43,090 nt of DNA from Candidatus Methylacidiphilales bacterium (GTDB lineage Bacteria; Bacteroidota; Bacteroidia; UKL13-3). The translations under genes and the position numbers were made by a program. The notes below the pieces were generated by a model that did no database searches, had not been told where the DNA came from, and worked only from the letters and a program-made list of their open reading frames with translations. The stretch lies in contig JBGSBN010000002.1 in NCBI GenBank assembly GCA_041730515.1, positions 1 to 43,090 on the forward strand, given 5' to 3'. This document shows, piece after piece, positions 9,914-17,661 of this stretch (position 1 is the stretch's first letter; every line of letters begins with the position of its first letter).

Positions 9914-10442
9914 TCAAGATAAATTAGTTTTTAGAATCATCACTATTGTTTCAATAATAGTTTTTGTTGCGGTGGTTATTTTAAATCGTAAAATACTTCC
10001 AAGGCCAGATGTTTTGCCTAGTTGGGTAATGTATTTGCCAAAACTAAATGCACTTATTAATGCTACTTGCACCGTTTTGTTATTACTATCATTGTATTTT
10101 ATTAAGCAAAAAAACATAGCTGCTCATAAAACCATTAATCTAACTGCTTTTGGCTTATCATCTCTATTTTTGGTAAGTTATATCTTATATCATTGGATGG
10201 CAAATGAAACTACTTTTCCTGAAGATAATTCAATGAGAGGTTTGTATTTAACTATATTAATTAGCCATATTATTTTAGCTGCTTTGGTTTTACCATTGGT
10301 ATTACTAGCTTTTTATTATGGACTACAAATGAATGTGGTAAAGCATCGTAAAATTGTTCGTTTTACATATCCAATTTGGTTATATGTAACCACTACAGGC
10401 GTAATAGTTTATGCCATGATTAGTCCTTATTATAAATTTTAG
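9891..10442 (+). CDS. DUF420 domain membrane protein (cox-associated)
   Basis: 183 aa with 4 TM helices. The position after SCO is typical for DUF420. Overlaps the SCO gene by 23 nt. Confidence 0.78.
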   Translation: MNTTNQNNQDKLVFRIITIVSIIVFVAVVILNRKILPRPDVLPSWVMYLPKLNALINATCTVLLLLSLYFIKQKNIAAHKTINLTAFGLSSLFLVSYILYHWMANETTFPEDNSMRGLYLTILISHIILAALVLPLVLLAFYYGLQMNVVKHRKIVRFTYPIWLYVTTTGVIVYAMISPYYKF

Positions 10443-11359
10443 TGCTAAAAAGTAAAAATTTAAAAGCCTATTTAGCATTTATTGCGGTAGCAATATTTTG
10501 GGGTACTACTTTTTTGGCTATCCGGATTGGTATTCACAAAGAAGACGGATATTATTTTCCTCCTTTTTTATTAGCTGCGTTTAGGCATTGCATAGCAGGT
10601 GTTTTAATATGTTCCTATTTTATTTTTTATAAAAAACAACCATTACCAACCCTTAATCAGTTTAAGTATTTTAGCATCAATGGTATTTTGATGTTGGTAG
10701 GAGGGAACGGAATTATTAGTTGGGGAATGCAATATGTGGATAGTGGTTTAGCTGCTATTTTGTGCGCACTTACCCCACTTTGGATTGTATTTATTAATTT
10801 GGCTATAGGAAGCAGCGAAAAAGTTACCAAAGTAATGTGGGCTGGTTTTATTATTTGTTTGCTAGCGCAATACCTTATTTTTTACGATAAGGTGAATATT
10901 CTATCCAATCAAAATTATATTTATGGTTTAATTGCCATAGTTGTTTCAAATATTTGTTGGGCATTTGGCACTGTTTTTTCTAAGTCAAGCACCTCCACCT
11001 TTCCTGTATTATATAACGCTGGTCTTCAAATGATTCCTGGCGGTTTTATTTTACTGGTTTTTTCTACTTTAAAAGGCGATTGGCAACAACTTAATCCAAG
11101 TAGTAATTCTATTTGGGCCATGGTTTACTTAATTGTTTTTGGTTCTTTATTGGCTTATGGTTGTTTTATGTATATCATAAAAGCTTTACCTGCTGCTTTA
11201 GTGAGTACCTACGCTTATTTTAATACCATTGTAGCTGTTATTTTAGGAGTTATTTTTTTAAACGAGCCTATCGATGAAAAATTGGTAATTGCCATGTTTT
11301 TAACCATCCTTGGTGTTTATTTAGTAGGTAAAAAAGCAAAAGTTAAAGAAACTCCATAA
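10442..11359 (+). CDS. EamA/DMT family transporter
   Basis: 305 aa with about 10 TM helices arranged as two EamA-like halves. GTG start overlaps the previous stop by 1 nt. Confidence 0.85.
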   Translation: MLKSKNLKAYLAFIAVAIFWGTTFLAIRIGIHKEDGYYFPPFLLAAFRHCIAGVLICSYFIFYKKQPLPTLNQFKYFSINGILMLVGGNGIISWGMQYVDSGLAAILCALTPLWIVFINLAIGSSEKVTKVMWAGFIICLLAQYLIFYDKVNILSNQNYIYGLIAIVVSNICWAFGTVFSKSSTSTFPVLYNAGLQMIPGGFILLVFSTLKGDWQQLNPSSNSIWAMVYLIVFGSLLAYGCFMYIIKALPAALVSTYAYFNTIVAVILGVIFLNEPIDEKLVIAMFLTILGVYLVGKKAKVKETP

Positions 11360-11383
11360 TTTTTTTAAAATTGGAATAATCAA

Positions 11384-11420
11384 ATTCTGTTTTTAAAATA
11401 AATAATTTAAAAAACAGAAT
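11384..11420 (+). terminator. AT-rich hairpin after the EamA gene (weak terminator candidate)
   Basis: attctgttttt (11384-11394) pairs perfectly with aaaaacagaat (11410-11420). 11-bp stem with a 15-nt loop, but only 2 G:C pairs. Confidence 0.35.
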
Positions 11421-11583
11421 ATCAATATCTATTTGGTTTAATAATTAAATGGATGTAATTTAATAGCGAGTTACCTAAGCACAGCTATAAATTTAAGGAA
11501 AAATATTTTCAGTAATCGGAAATGGTTTATTGGTTTTATATGGAATTCAATTTAGTATGTTTGTATTGTTCAAATTAGATTTA

Positions 11584-11591
11584 TAAATTTG
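11584..11591 (+). promoter_or_regulatory. TAnnTTTG (Bacteroidota -7 box) match upstream of the TA pair
   Basis: TAAATTTG lies 4 nt before the ATG at 11596. That would imply a leaderless or internally starting mRNA, so confidence is low. Confidence 0.2.
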
Positions 11592-11595
11592 TTAT

Positions 11596-11811
11596 ATGAT
11601 TCATACAATTGAAATAGATGATAATACAGAATTGGGTAAGAAAGCCTTAACTTTATTAGCTGATTTGGGTATTGATATCTCTGATGAAAAAGAATTGAAT
11701 CCATACATAAAAAAAGCATTGGATAAAAGTATAGAACAATCGTTAAATGGTAATTTAAGCAGCAATGCTGAGGTAATTAAACGAACCAAAGAATGGTTGA
11801 ATTCGAAATAA
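11596..11811 (+). CDS. Putative antitoxin of a ParE-type TA pair
   Basis: 71-aa ORF overlapping the downstream toxin by 19 nt. The N-terminus M-x-H-x-IEIDD...GK..L.LL..L is shared with the 19896 ORF. Confidence 0.6.
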   Translation: MIHTIEIDDNTELGKKALTLLADLGIDISDEKELNPYIKKALDKSIEQSLNGNLSSNAEVIKRTKEWLNSK

Positions 11812-12098
11812 AATGGAATAATAATGCTGAGGAAAGTCTAAGACAAATTTTAGAGTTCTACTTTATTCAAAATGGTTCAGTCGAATATAGTTTAAAACTT
11901 CATGATGAAATAATTGAAGGAATTGACGTTTTAAAAAAGTTTCCTAATGCAGGTAAACAAATTAATTACAAAGATATTTATGAATTAGTATTTGCTAGGA
12001 ATTCTGTTTTCTACGCAGTTGAACAGAATACCATAATTATCCTTTTAGTTTGGGATAACAGGCAAAATCCTGAAAAGCTTTCAAAATATTTTAACTAA
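11793..12098 (+). CDS. Type II toxin, RelE/ParE superfamily (ParE-like)
   Basis: 101 aa with typical ParE-like layout (W...AEESLRQILEFY ... FPNAGK ... Y.I....I.IL.VWD.RQNP). Coupled to an upstream small ORF. Confidence 0.78.
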   Translation: MVEFEIKWNNNAEESLRQILEFYFIQNGSVEYSLKLHDEIIEGIDVLKKFPNAGKQINYKDIYELVFARNSVFYAVEQNTIIILLVWDNRQNPEKLSKYFN

Positions 12099-12100
12099 CT

Positions 12101-12553
12101 ATGCGCATTATTATCCAACGAGTTACACAAGCACAAGTTAATATTGATGGAAAACTATTTTCTGAAATTGGAAATGGTTTATTGATTTTATTAGGAATTG
12201 AAGATGCTGATTCCGATGAAGACATTAATTGGTTGGCTCAAAAAATAGTAAATCTTCGTGTGTTTAACGATGAAAATGGTGTAATGAATATTTCATTTAA
12301 GGAAGCCCAATTCGATATTTTATTAGTGAGTCAATTTACCCTTTTTGCATCTACTAAAAAAGGAAACCGACCATCTTATATCAAAGCAAGCAGACCTGAA
12401 TTTGCCATTCCTTTGTATGAAAAAATGATTGCTAAGTTAGAAGAACTTTTAGGTAAAAAAATAGCCACAGGAACATTTGGAGCCGATATGCAAATCAGCT
12501 TAACCAATAATGGTCCTGTGACAATAATGATTGATAGTAAGATGAAGGAATAG
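12101..12553 (+). CDS. dtd: D-aminoacyl-tRNA deacylase
   Basis: 150 aa. Begins MRIIIQRV, contains SQFTLFASTKKGNRPS and ends NNGPVTIMIDS, all classic Dtd motifs. Confidence 0.95.
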   Translation: MRIIIQRVTQAQVNIDGKLFSEIGNGLLILLGIEDADSDEDINWLAQKIVNLRVFNDENGVMNISFKEAQFDILLVSQFTLFASTKKGNRPSYIKASRPEFAIPLYEKMIAKLEELLGKKIATGTFGADMQISLTNNGPVTIMIDSKMKE

Positions 12554-12650
12554 TTGTTGGTTGATAGAATTTAACAAAAAAACGCCAAATATCAATTGAC
12601 AAATGGCGCTTAAAAATGCTTAAAGTTTTTGAGTAAGAATCTTTTCTAAT

Positions 12651-13889
12651 TTATTCTTGAGAACTCGAATCTTCTGAATCTATGACAGCTTCACCTGTTT
12701 GTTCTACTGATTCTAAGTTTTGTATCGTTTGAGTAGTATTTTCCCTTGGATTTTCCTTTGGAATTTCTTTTGGTTTTTCTTGTGAAATTGTATTGCTTAA
12801 GTTTTTTGTTTTAACTACTTTACATTTTGACATTTTAACAAAATAATGTGAAAATATATAATTAGTACCAAGTGAATAAAATGACTTTTCTGTTTTTTCA
12901 ACATTGTCTAAAATCCCTTCTACAGTAACTTCCTGAAAATACTCTGTTCTGACTTTATCAAAGGAAAGTTTTGATTCTTTTTCTGAAACCGGAATGAGGT
13001 TTTCTTTTATGCTACCTTGCATCTTACATACTGCCATACCAGTATAACCTGTGTTTTTATCTGCTGGTTTTATGGGGTCAATATCAGAATCCATTATATA
13101 ATTTTTTCCATCTTTAGTTGAAGTACCTCTTAAAGTTAAGACCTCATCTCCTTCAGAAGAATTATGTTTATATTCAAGCCAACCAGTAATTTGAATTTTT
13201 TTTCCTTTGAATTTATTTAAAGTTCCTCTTTCGTCATTTTTATAATCTAAAATCAAGTCCCATAGTGTAATTTCTTGGGTCATAGATTGACGTACTTTGT
13301 TAAATATGAAATAACCACTTATCGATAATATTGCTATTATAATGGCTAAAATTATTTTTTTATTTATACCCTTTTCTTCTTTTAAATCATTATTCTCTTC
13401 AACTTCATTATTGCTTAGAATAAAATTTAAATTCTTATTCGTTAATAAATTGTACGATTTAAATTCTAATATTGAATATATTAGACTAGCAGCTAAAAAT
13501 ATATATATACCTATTTGATTTTCAAATCCTATTTTACCGCTGTAATCCATACTCTCATTTTGAATTTCTATATTGAAAGCACCAGAACCAGCAGGAGTTA
13601 TTAAGTTTAAAGCGTAACATATTCCTAATACTAAATTCAAAATACCTATAACAAAAGAGAATTTTACATTTTTGAATGAAAGAAATCCGCCAATTAAAGA
13701 TAGCATAACTATTAAATAGCTAAATGAACTATATTGAAATGCATTTATACTTTCACTTTGAGCTTCACCTCCTAAATTTATTGCACTGCTGTTCAGTTGC
13801 ATACTAGATGATATCGCTTTCCAAGGCATCCAAAGTGATGAAATCATTACCAAAACTAATATTATTCCTAAGTAATTTATTTTTTTCAT
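12651..13889 (-). CDS. Membrane protein with a C-terminal OB-fold-like (tRNA_anti-like) domain
   Basis: 412 aa. About 4-5 N-terminal TM helices, an acidic linker and one further TM. The segment LWDLILDYKNDERGTLNKFKGKKIQITGWLEY...GDEVLTLRG resembles the PF12869 pattern. Low-complexity acidic tail. Confidence 0.55.
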   Translation of the reverse strand: MKKINYLGIILVLVMISSLWMPWKAISSSMQLNSSAINLGGEAQSESINAFQYSSFSYLIVMLSLIGGFLSFKNVKFSFVIGILNLVLGICYALNLITPAGSGAFNIEIQNESMDYSGKIGFENQIGIYIFLAASLIYSILEFKSYNLLTNKNLNFILSNNEVEENNDLKEEKGINKKIILAIIIAILSISGYFIFNKVRQSMTQEITLWDLILDYKNDERGTLNKFKGKKIQITGWLEYKHNSSEGDEVLTLRGTSTKDGKNYIMDSDIDPIKPADKNTGYTGMAVCKMQGSIKENLIPVSEKESKLSFDKVRTEYFQEVTVEGILDNVEKTEKSFYSLGTNYIFSHYFVKMSKCKVVKTKNLSNTISQEKPKEIPKENPRENTTQTIQNLESVEQTGEAVIDSEDSSSQE

Positions 13890-13890
13890 A

Positions 13891-14100
13891 CTAATTGAAT
13901 TTATAAATTAATGTTTTAGAAGATTCATTCTTTTCAATTACAATTATTCTTCCAGTCTCTACTAAATAATTGATATAATCAAGATTGGTTAAAGCACTGA
14001 CTATTGCCATCGCCACTTTATCATTTTCAAATGGTCCAAATTGAATTTGTGGTGGATTATTACCTAACAGGTAATCTATTTTGATTTTAATTTCTTTCAT
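13891..14100 (-). CDS. Small hypothetical protein
   Basis: 69-aa ORF ending 1 nt upstream of the start of the 412-aa gene, suggesting an operon. No recognisable motif. Confidence 0.5.
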   Translation of the reverse strand: MKEIKIKIDYLLGNNPPQIQFGPFENDKVAMAIVSALTNLDYINYLVETGRIIVIEKNESSKTLIYKFN

Positions 14101-14158
14101 TTTTTCTTATCGATAAATTACAAATATTTTACACTTAATGCGCAAATATGTATAATAA

Positions 14159-14518
14159 ATGAGAAACAAACAAATTGATGTGCAATTTAAATTTGTTTAC
14201 ATGAATCATAGAGGAGAAACAGTTGAAAAGGCGGTTAGAGACAGCGGTATTCCTATTTCATCATTAGCAAAAAAATTAGGAAAAAGTAGAAGACATATTT
14301 ATAACTTATTCCAATATCATAATTTAGACTGGGAAACGATTGCTCAAGTTGGAGAAATAATTAAAATCGATTTCACAGATGTTTTTCCTGAGTTTAAAAA
14401 ACAAATTGCACAAAAATCATCAGAAAATTCAATTGAATCACCAATTGAAGACATAGACTTTTGGAAGAATAAATATATTAGCTTATTAGAAGAATATAAT
14501 AAACTACTAAAGAAATAA
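14159..14518 (+). CDS. Putative HTH DNA-binding protein
   Basis: 119 aa, divergent from the 13891/12651 operon. The segment IPISSLAKKLGKSRRHIYNLF looks like a helix-turn-helix. The start could instead be Met15. Confidence 0.5.
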   Translation: MRNKQIDVQFKFVYMNHRGETVEKAVRDSGIPISSLAKKLGKSRRHIYNLFQYHNLDWETIAQVGEIIKIDFTDVFPEFKKQIAQKSSENSIESPIEDIDFWKNKYISLLEEYNKLLKK

Positions 14519-15214
14519 CTATTTAGCAGCAACTAACTGCAACAAACTTTCGAACATAATGCGTCCGTCAGTGTTGTAAATATCAGCATCAACAGCGCGT
14601 TCAGGGTGAGGCATCATACCAAACACATTGCGGTTTTTGTTACAAATTCCCGCAATATTATCCAATGCGCCATTAGGATTGGTTTCAGCAGAAACGTTTC
14701 CATTTTCATCGCAGTATCTAAATAATATTTGGTCGTTGGCTTTTAAATCTTGTAGCAATTCATCGTTGCAATAAAATCTTCCTTCACCATGTGCAATGGG
14801 AATTTTCAAAGCTTTTCCCACTTCATTTAAACTGGTAATTTTACTGTTATTGGTTTCGGTTTTTATAAAAACATTTTTGCAATTAAACTTTTGATGGTCG
14901 TTATGCAACAATGCGCCAGGCAATAAACCGCTTTCGCATAAAATTTGAAAACCATTGCAAACTCCCCAAACCAATCCGCCATTATTAGCAAATTCAATTA
15001 CACTTTGCATAATAGGCGAAAAACGAGCAATTGCACCGCTGCGTAAATAATCGCCATAGCTAAAACCACCTGGTAAAAACACCAAATCTACATTTTGTAA
15101 ATCAGTATCTTTATGCCAAAGTTCTACTACTTCTTGGCCAAACATGTTTTGAAATGCCCAAACTGCGTCTTTATCGCAATTACTTCCCGGAAATATTAAT
15201 ACACCTATTTTCAT
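14519..15214 (-). CDS. purQ: Phosphoribosylformylglycinamidine synthase subunit PurQ (glutaminase)
   Basis: 231 aa. Begins MKIGVLIFPGSNCD, has GVCNGFQIL (the catalytic Cys) and MMPHPER (the His/Glu motif). Confidence 0.95.
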   Translation of the reverse strand: MKIGVLIFPGSNCDKDAVWAFQNMFGQEVVELWHKDTDLQNVDLVFLPGGFSYGDYLRSGAIARFSPIMQSVIEFANNGGLVWGVCNGFQILCESGLLPGALLHNDHQKFNCKNVFIKTETNNSKITSLNEVGKALKIPIAHGEGRFYCNDELLQDLKANDQILFRYCDENGNVSAETNPNGALDNIAGICNKNRNVFGMMPHPERAVDADIYNTDGRIMFESLLQLVAAK

Positions 15215-15221
15215 ATAATTT

Positions 15222-15253
15222 GCTTCTGGCTGTCGGCTGTTAGCCTCTGGCCG
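15222..15253. repeat. Period-7 degenerate array, GCTnnTG type (~4.6 units)
   Basis: Units read gcttctg gctgtcg gctgtta gcctctg gccg. The same array type occurs at 26252-26290. Confidence 0.8.
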
Positions 15254-15271
15254 TTTGTTTATTTTTTATAG

Positions 15272-15339
15272 TCATTGCGAGCGTAGCGTGGCAATCTCAA
15301 TCAATGTTAATCGTGAGATTGCTTCGTGCCTCGCAATGA
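15272..15339. repeat. Compound GC-rich hairpin module (CATTGCGAG...CTCGCAATG type)
   Basis: Outer stem tcattgcgag (15272-15281) pairs with ctcgcaatga (15330-15339). Inner stem gcaatctc (15291-15298) pairs with gagattgc (15315-15322). Confidence 0.85.
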
Positions 15340-15343
15340 GGTT

Positions 15344-15375
15344 ATTTGTCCAAGGTTGGTGTCCTCACCAACCTT
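15344..15375. repeat. Hairpin module ATTTGTCC-nn-GGTTGGTG/TCCT/CACCAACC
   Basis: aaggttggtg (15352-15361) pairs with caccaacctt (15366-15375) around loop tcct. About 28 nt is shared with 28633-28660. Lies 13 nt downstream of the thiL stop and may also act as its terminator. Confidence 0.8.
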
Positions 15376-15387
15376 TTCACCAATCTT

Positions 15388-16422
15388 TTAAAATGCTTTC
15401 CAACCTTGAGCTTTTAACTCGTGTTTTTGACCGCCTTTGCTAATCATGTTAACACCTTCATCAGGTTTGGTAACATGTCCAATTACGGTAAAATCAGGAT
15501 GGTTTTCTAATTTTTTATAATCACTTTGTTTGATGGTAAATAATAATTCATAATCTTCCCCTCCGCTTAAAGCTGTTAATGTTGGATCTAAATCTAACTC
15601 GCGCGCCATATTGTAGGTAGTGGCATCAATTGGGATTTTTTCTTCATAAATGGTAATTCCAACCTTTGATTGATCGGCTATGTGAAAAATTTCAGAGGCC
15701 AAACCATCACTCACATCAATCATTGCTGTTGGTACAATTTCCAAAGCCTTAAACATTTCAATAATGTCTTTTCTAGCCTCAGGTTTTAATTGACGTTCCA
15801 AAATATAATCGTGTCCGGCCAAATCTGGTTGCAATTGTGGGTTATCAATAAATACTCTTTTTTCGCGTTCCAATAACTGAAAGCCAGCATAAGCACCGCC
15901 TAAATCGCCTGTTACACAAACCAAATCATATTCCGTTGCGCCATTTCGGTAAACCACTTCCTTTTCAGCAGCTTCACCAATTACAGTTACACTAATTACC
16001 AAACCTTGTTTGCTCGATGTGGTATCGCCACCAATAATATCAATTTTATATTTTTCGCAGGCCAAATTTATGCCTTCGTAAATTTCTTGAATGGCTTCTA
16101 CACTAAATTTACTGCTAATTCCTAACGAAACCGTAATTTGTTTAGGCGTTCCGTTCATGGCATAAATGTCGCTTGCATTTACGCTCACGGCCTTGTAACC
16201 TAAATGTTTTAAAGGAAAATAACTTAAATCAAAATGAATTCCCTCTAGCAACATATCGGTTGAAACTAAAGTAACTTTTCCGTTAGTAGGATTTAAAACT
16301 GCGGCATCATCGCCTACACCTTTAATGGTATTGTTCTTTAATTCAATGTTTTGGGTAAGTTGTTTTATTAAGCCAAACTCGCCAATTTCTTCTAATTTTG
16401 TGGTTTCAGGTTCATTGAACAT
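15388..16422 (-). CDS. thiL: Thiamine-monophosphate kinase
   Basis: 344-aa AIR-synthase-related fold. Contains GVGDDAAVL, STDMLLEGIHFDL and GGDT motifs. Confidence 0.9.
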   Translation of the reverse strand: MFNEPETTKLEEIGEFGLIKQLTQNIELKNNTIKGVGDDAAVLNPTNGKVTLVSTDMLLEGIHFDLSYFPLKHLGYKAVSVNASDIYAMNGTPKQITVSLGISSKFSVEAIQEIYEGINLACEKYKIDIIGGDTTSSKQGLVISVTVIGEAAEKEVVYRNGATEYDLVCVTGDLGGAYAGFQLLEREKRVFIDNPQLQPDLAGHDYILERQLKPEARKDIIEMFKALEIVPTAMIDVSDGLASEIFHIADQSKVGITIYEEKIPIDATTYNMARELDLDPTLTALSGGEDYELLFTIKQSDYKKLENHPDFTVIGHVTKPDEGVNMISKGGQKHELKAQGWKAF

Positions 16423-16496
16423 GGGCGCAAATTACTAAAAATATAGAATAAATTCTTTAAAGTAAAACAATTTATTAAAGCTTTATTTTGGCAGTA

Positions 16497-16850
16497 CTAA
16501 TTCTTCTTTTTGAAAATAAAATTTACCGCGCCTCCACTTTGGTAAGTGGTTATCAATTCATATTTATTTTCATACAACCTATTTATCACAATAAAAACTT
16601 TTTCTAAATTAGTTATGGGATAACCTTTCATAATTGTAACGTTATTCAATTCAATTTTTTCAAATTTGTTATGGCCGTAATAAACAATTATCTCCGATTC
16701 GAGAGCTGAAGAATTAGTTGTTTCTACTAACCTCACTAAAATAATATTCGACAAATCAGTTGAATCTATTTTTGTGTTATTTTGTGCCTTAATTCCTTGG
16801 CTAAAAAGGGTAAATAAACCAACTAAAAAGGTTACGATGATTATTTTCAT
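16497..16850 (-). CDS. Small secreted hypothetical protein
   Basis: 117 aa with signal peptide MKIIIVTFLVGLFTLFSQGIKAQ. Its start overlaps the stop of the upstream gene by 1 nt (TAATG). Confidence 0.6.
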   Translation of the reverse strand: MKIIIVTFLVGLFTLFSQGIKAQNNTKIDSTDLSNIILVRLVETTNSSALESEIIVYYGHNKFEKIELNNVTIMKGYPITNLEKVFIVINRLYENKYELITTYQSGGAVNFIFKKKN

Positions 16851-17587
16851 TACTTTATTGTTTTATTAAAATTATACGAAATACCTATTTGAGGCCCAAA
16901 TATGCCAAAGCTATTGGTTTGCCCTTTATTCATTGAAAAATCATAGAAATTGCCATTTATATTTGGTCTTTTATAATCAAATTGACTAAACGTAAAATCA
17001 TATTGGGTATATTTAAAACCAAGTTTTATATCTAAATTTTTATAAATGGATAAACGATAATTTAGTTCAGCACCATATTGTAAACCACCTGAAACTTGGT
17101 TCGAAAGTGAGCTATTTATTTTTAGCGGAACACCTAAATTGCCCATAAATTCTAACCCAATTAACTTGGTTATGCGTTGTCTGAAAAATAATTTGGCTAC
17201 TAAACCAGTAAGCTTCATTTCATTGTTAATTATTACCTCGTATGCACCATCGCCAAATGTGCTATTTGGTGCGGTAAAACTTAGTTGATTTATGCCAAGT
17301 CCTAAACCTATTTTTTTATAACGATAAAAACCGCAAACTTCAAAAAAATTGGAGTTAAAATTACTAGAAAGCGTTTGTTTATCAGTGGTTCCCAGAAAAT
17401 TTGTTTGGGTATAGTTTAGTTTTTCAAGGTTGCCAATTACACCAAAGTGGTAACAAATGCCTATCATCCAGCCTTTTGATAAATGATCTTTATAAGTGCT
17501 ATTTTCCTTTTGTTTTATATCGTTGAATAGTTGACCAAATGCCAGAAAAGGGAAGAAAATAATAACCAAGAATGCACTCGTTTTCAT
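16850..17587 (-). CDS. Putative outer-membrane beta-barrel protein
   Basis: 245 aa with a signal peptide. Alternating hydrophobic/aromatic beta-strand pattern rich in G/Y/F/N throughout. Confidence 0.55.
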   Translation of the reverse strand: MKTSAFLVIIFFPFLAFGQLFNDIKQKENSTYKDHLSKGWMIGICYHFGVIGNLEKLNYTQTNFLGTTDKQTLSSNFNSNFFEVCGFYRYKKIGLGLGINQLSFTAPNSTFGDGAYEVIINNEMKLTGLVAKLFFRQRITKLIGLEFMGNLGVPLKINSSLSNQVSGGLQYGAELNYRLSIYKNLDIKLGFKYTQYDFTFSQFDYKRPNINGNFYDFSMNKGQTNSFGIFGPQIGISYNFNKTIK

Positions 17588-17637
17588 ACTTCAATGATAA
17601 TTTTAAAAAGAATGATAAAAAAATAAAAACTCAAACA

Positions 17638-17645
17638 TACTTTTG
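17638..17645 (+). promoter_or_regulatory. TAnnTTTG -7 box candidate for the carotenoid desaturase gene
   Basis: TACTTTTG lies 17 nt upstream of the ATG at 17662. No clear -33 TTTG was seen. Confidence 0.35.
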
Positions 17646-17661
17646 ATGTTTTAAATAAGGA

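Noticed and set aside
14516-14521. Convergent genes (the HTH-like gene and purQ) whose stop codons abut with zero spacer and no terminator.
   Set aside because: This is noted as a curiosity only. The start and stop of the 119-aa ORF are not independently supported, and overlapping convergent 3' ends are not rare in compact genomes.
15255-15443. 62-aa ORF on the plus strand in the purQ-thiL spacer.
   Set aside because: It is translated straight through the compound hairpin and hairpin modules and into the antisense of thiL. This is the typical spurious ORF created by GC-rich palindromic repeats.
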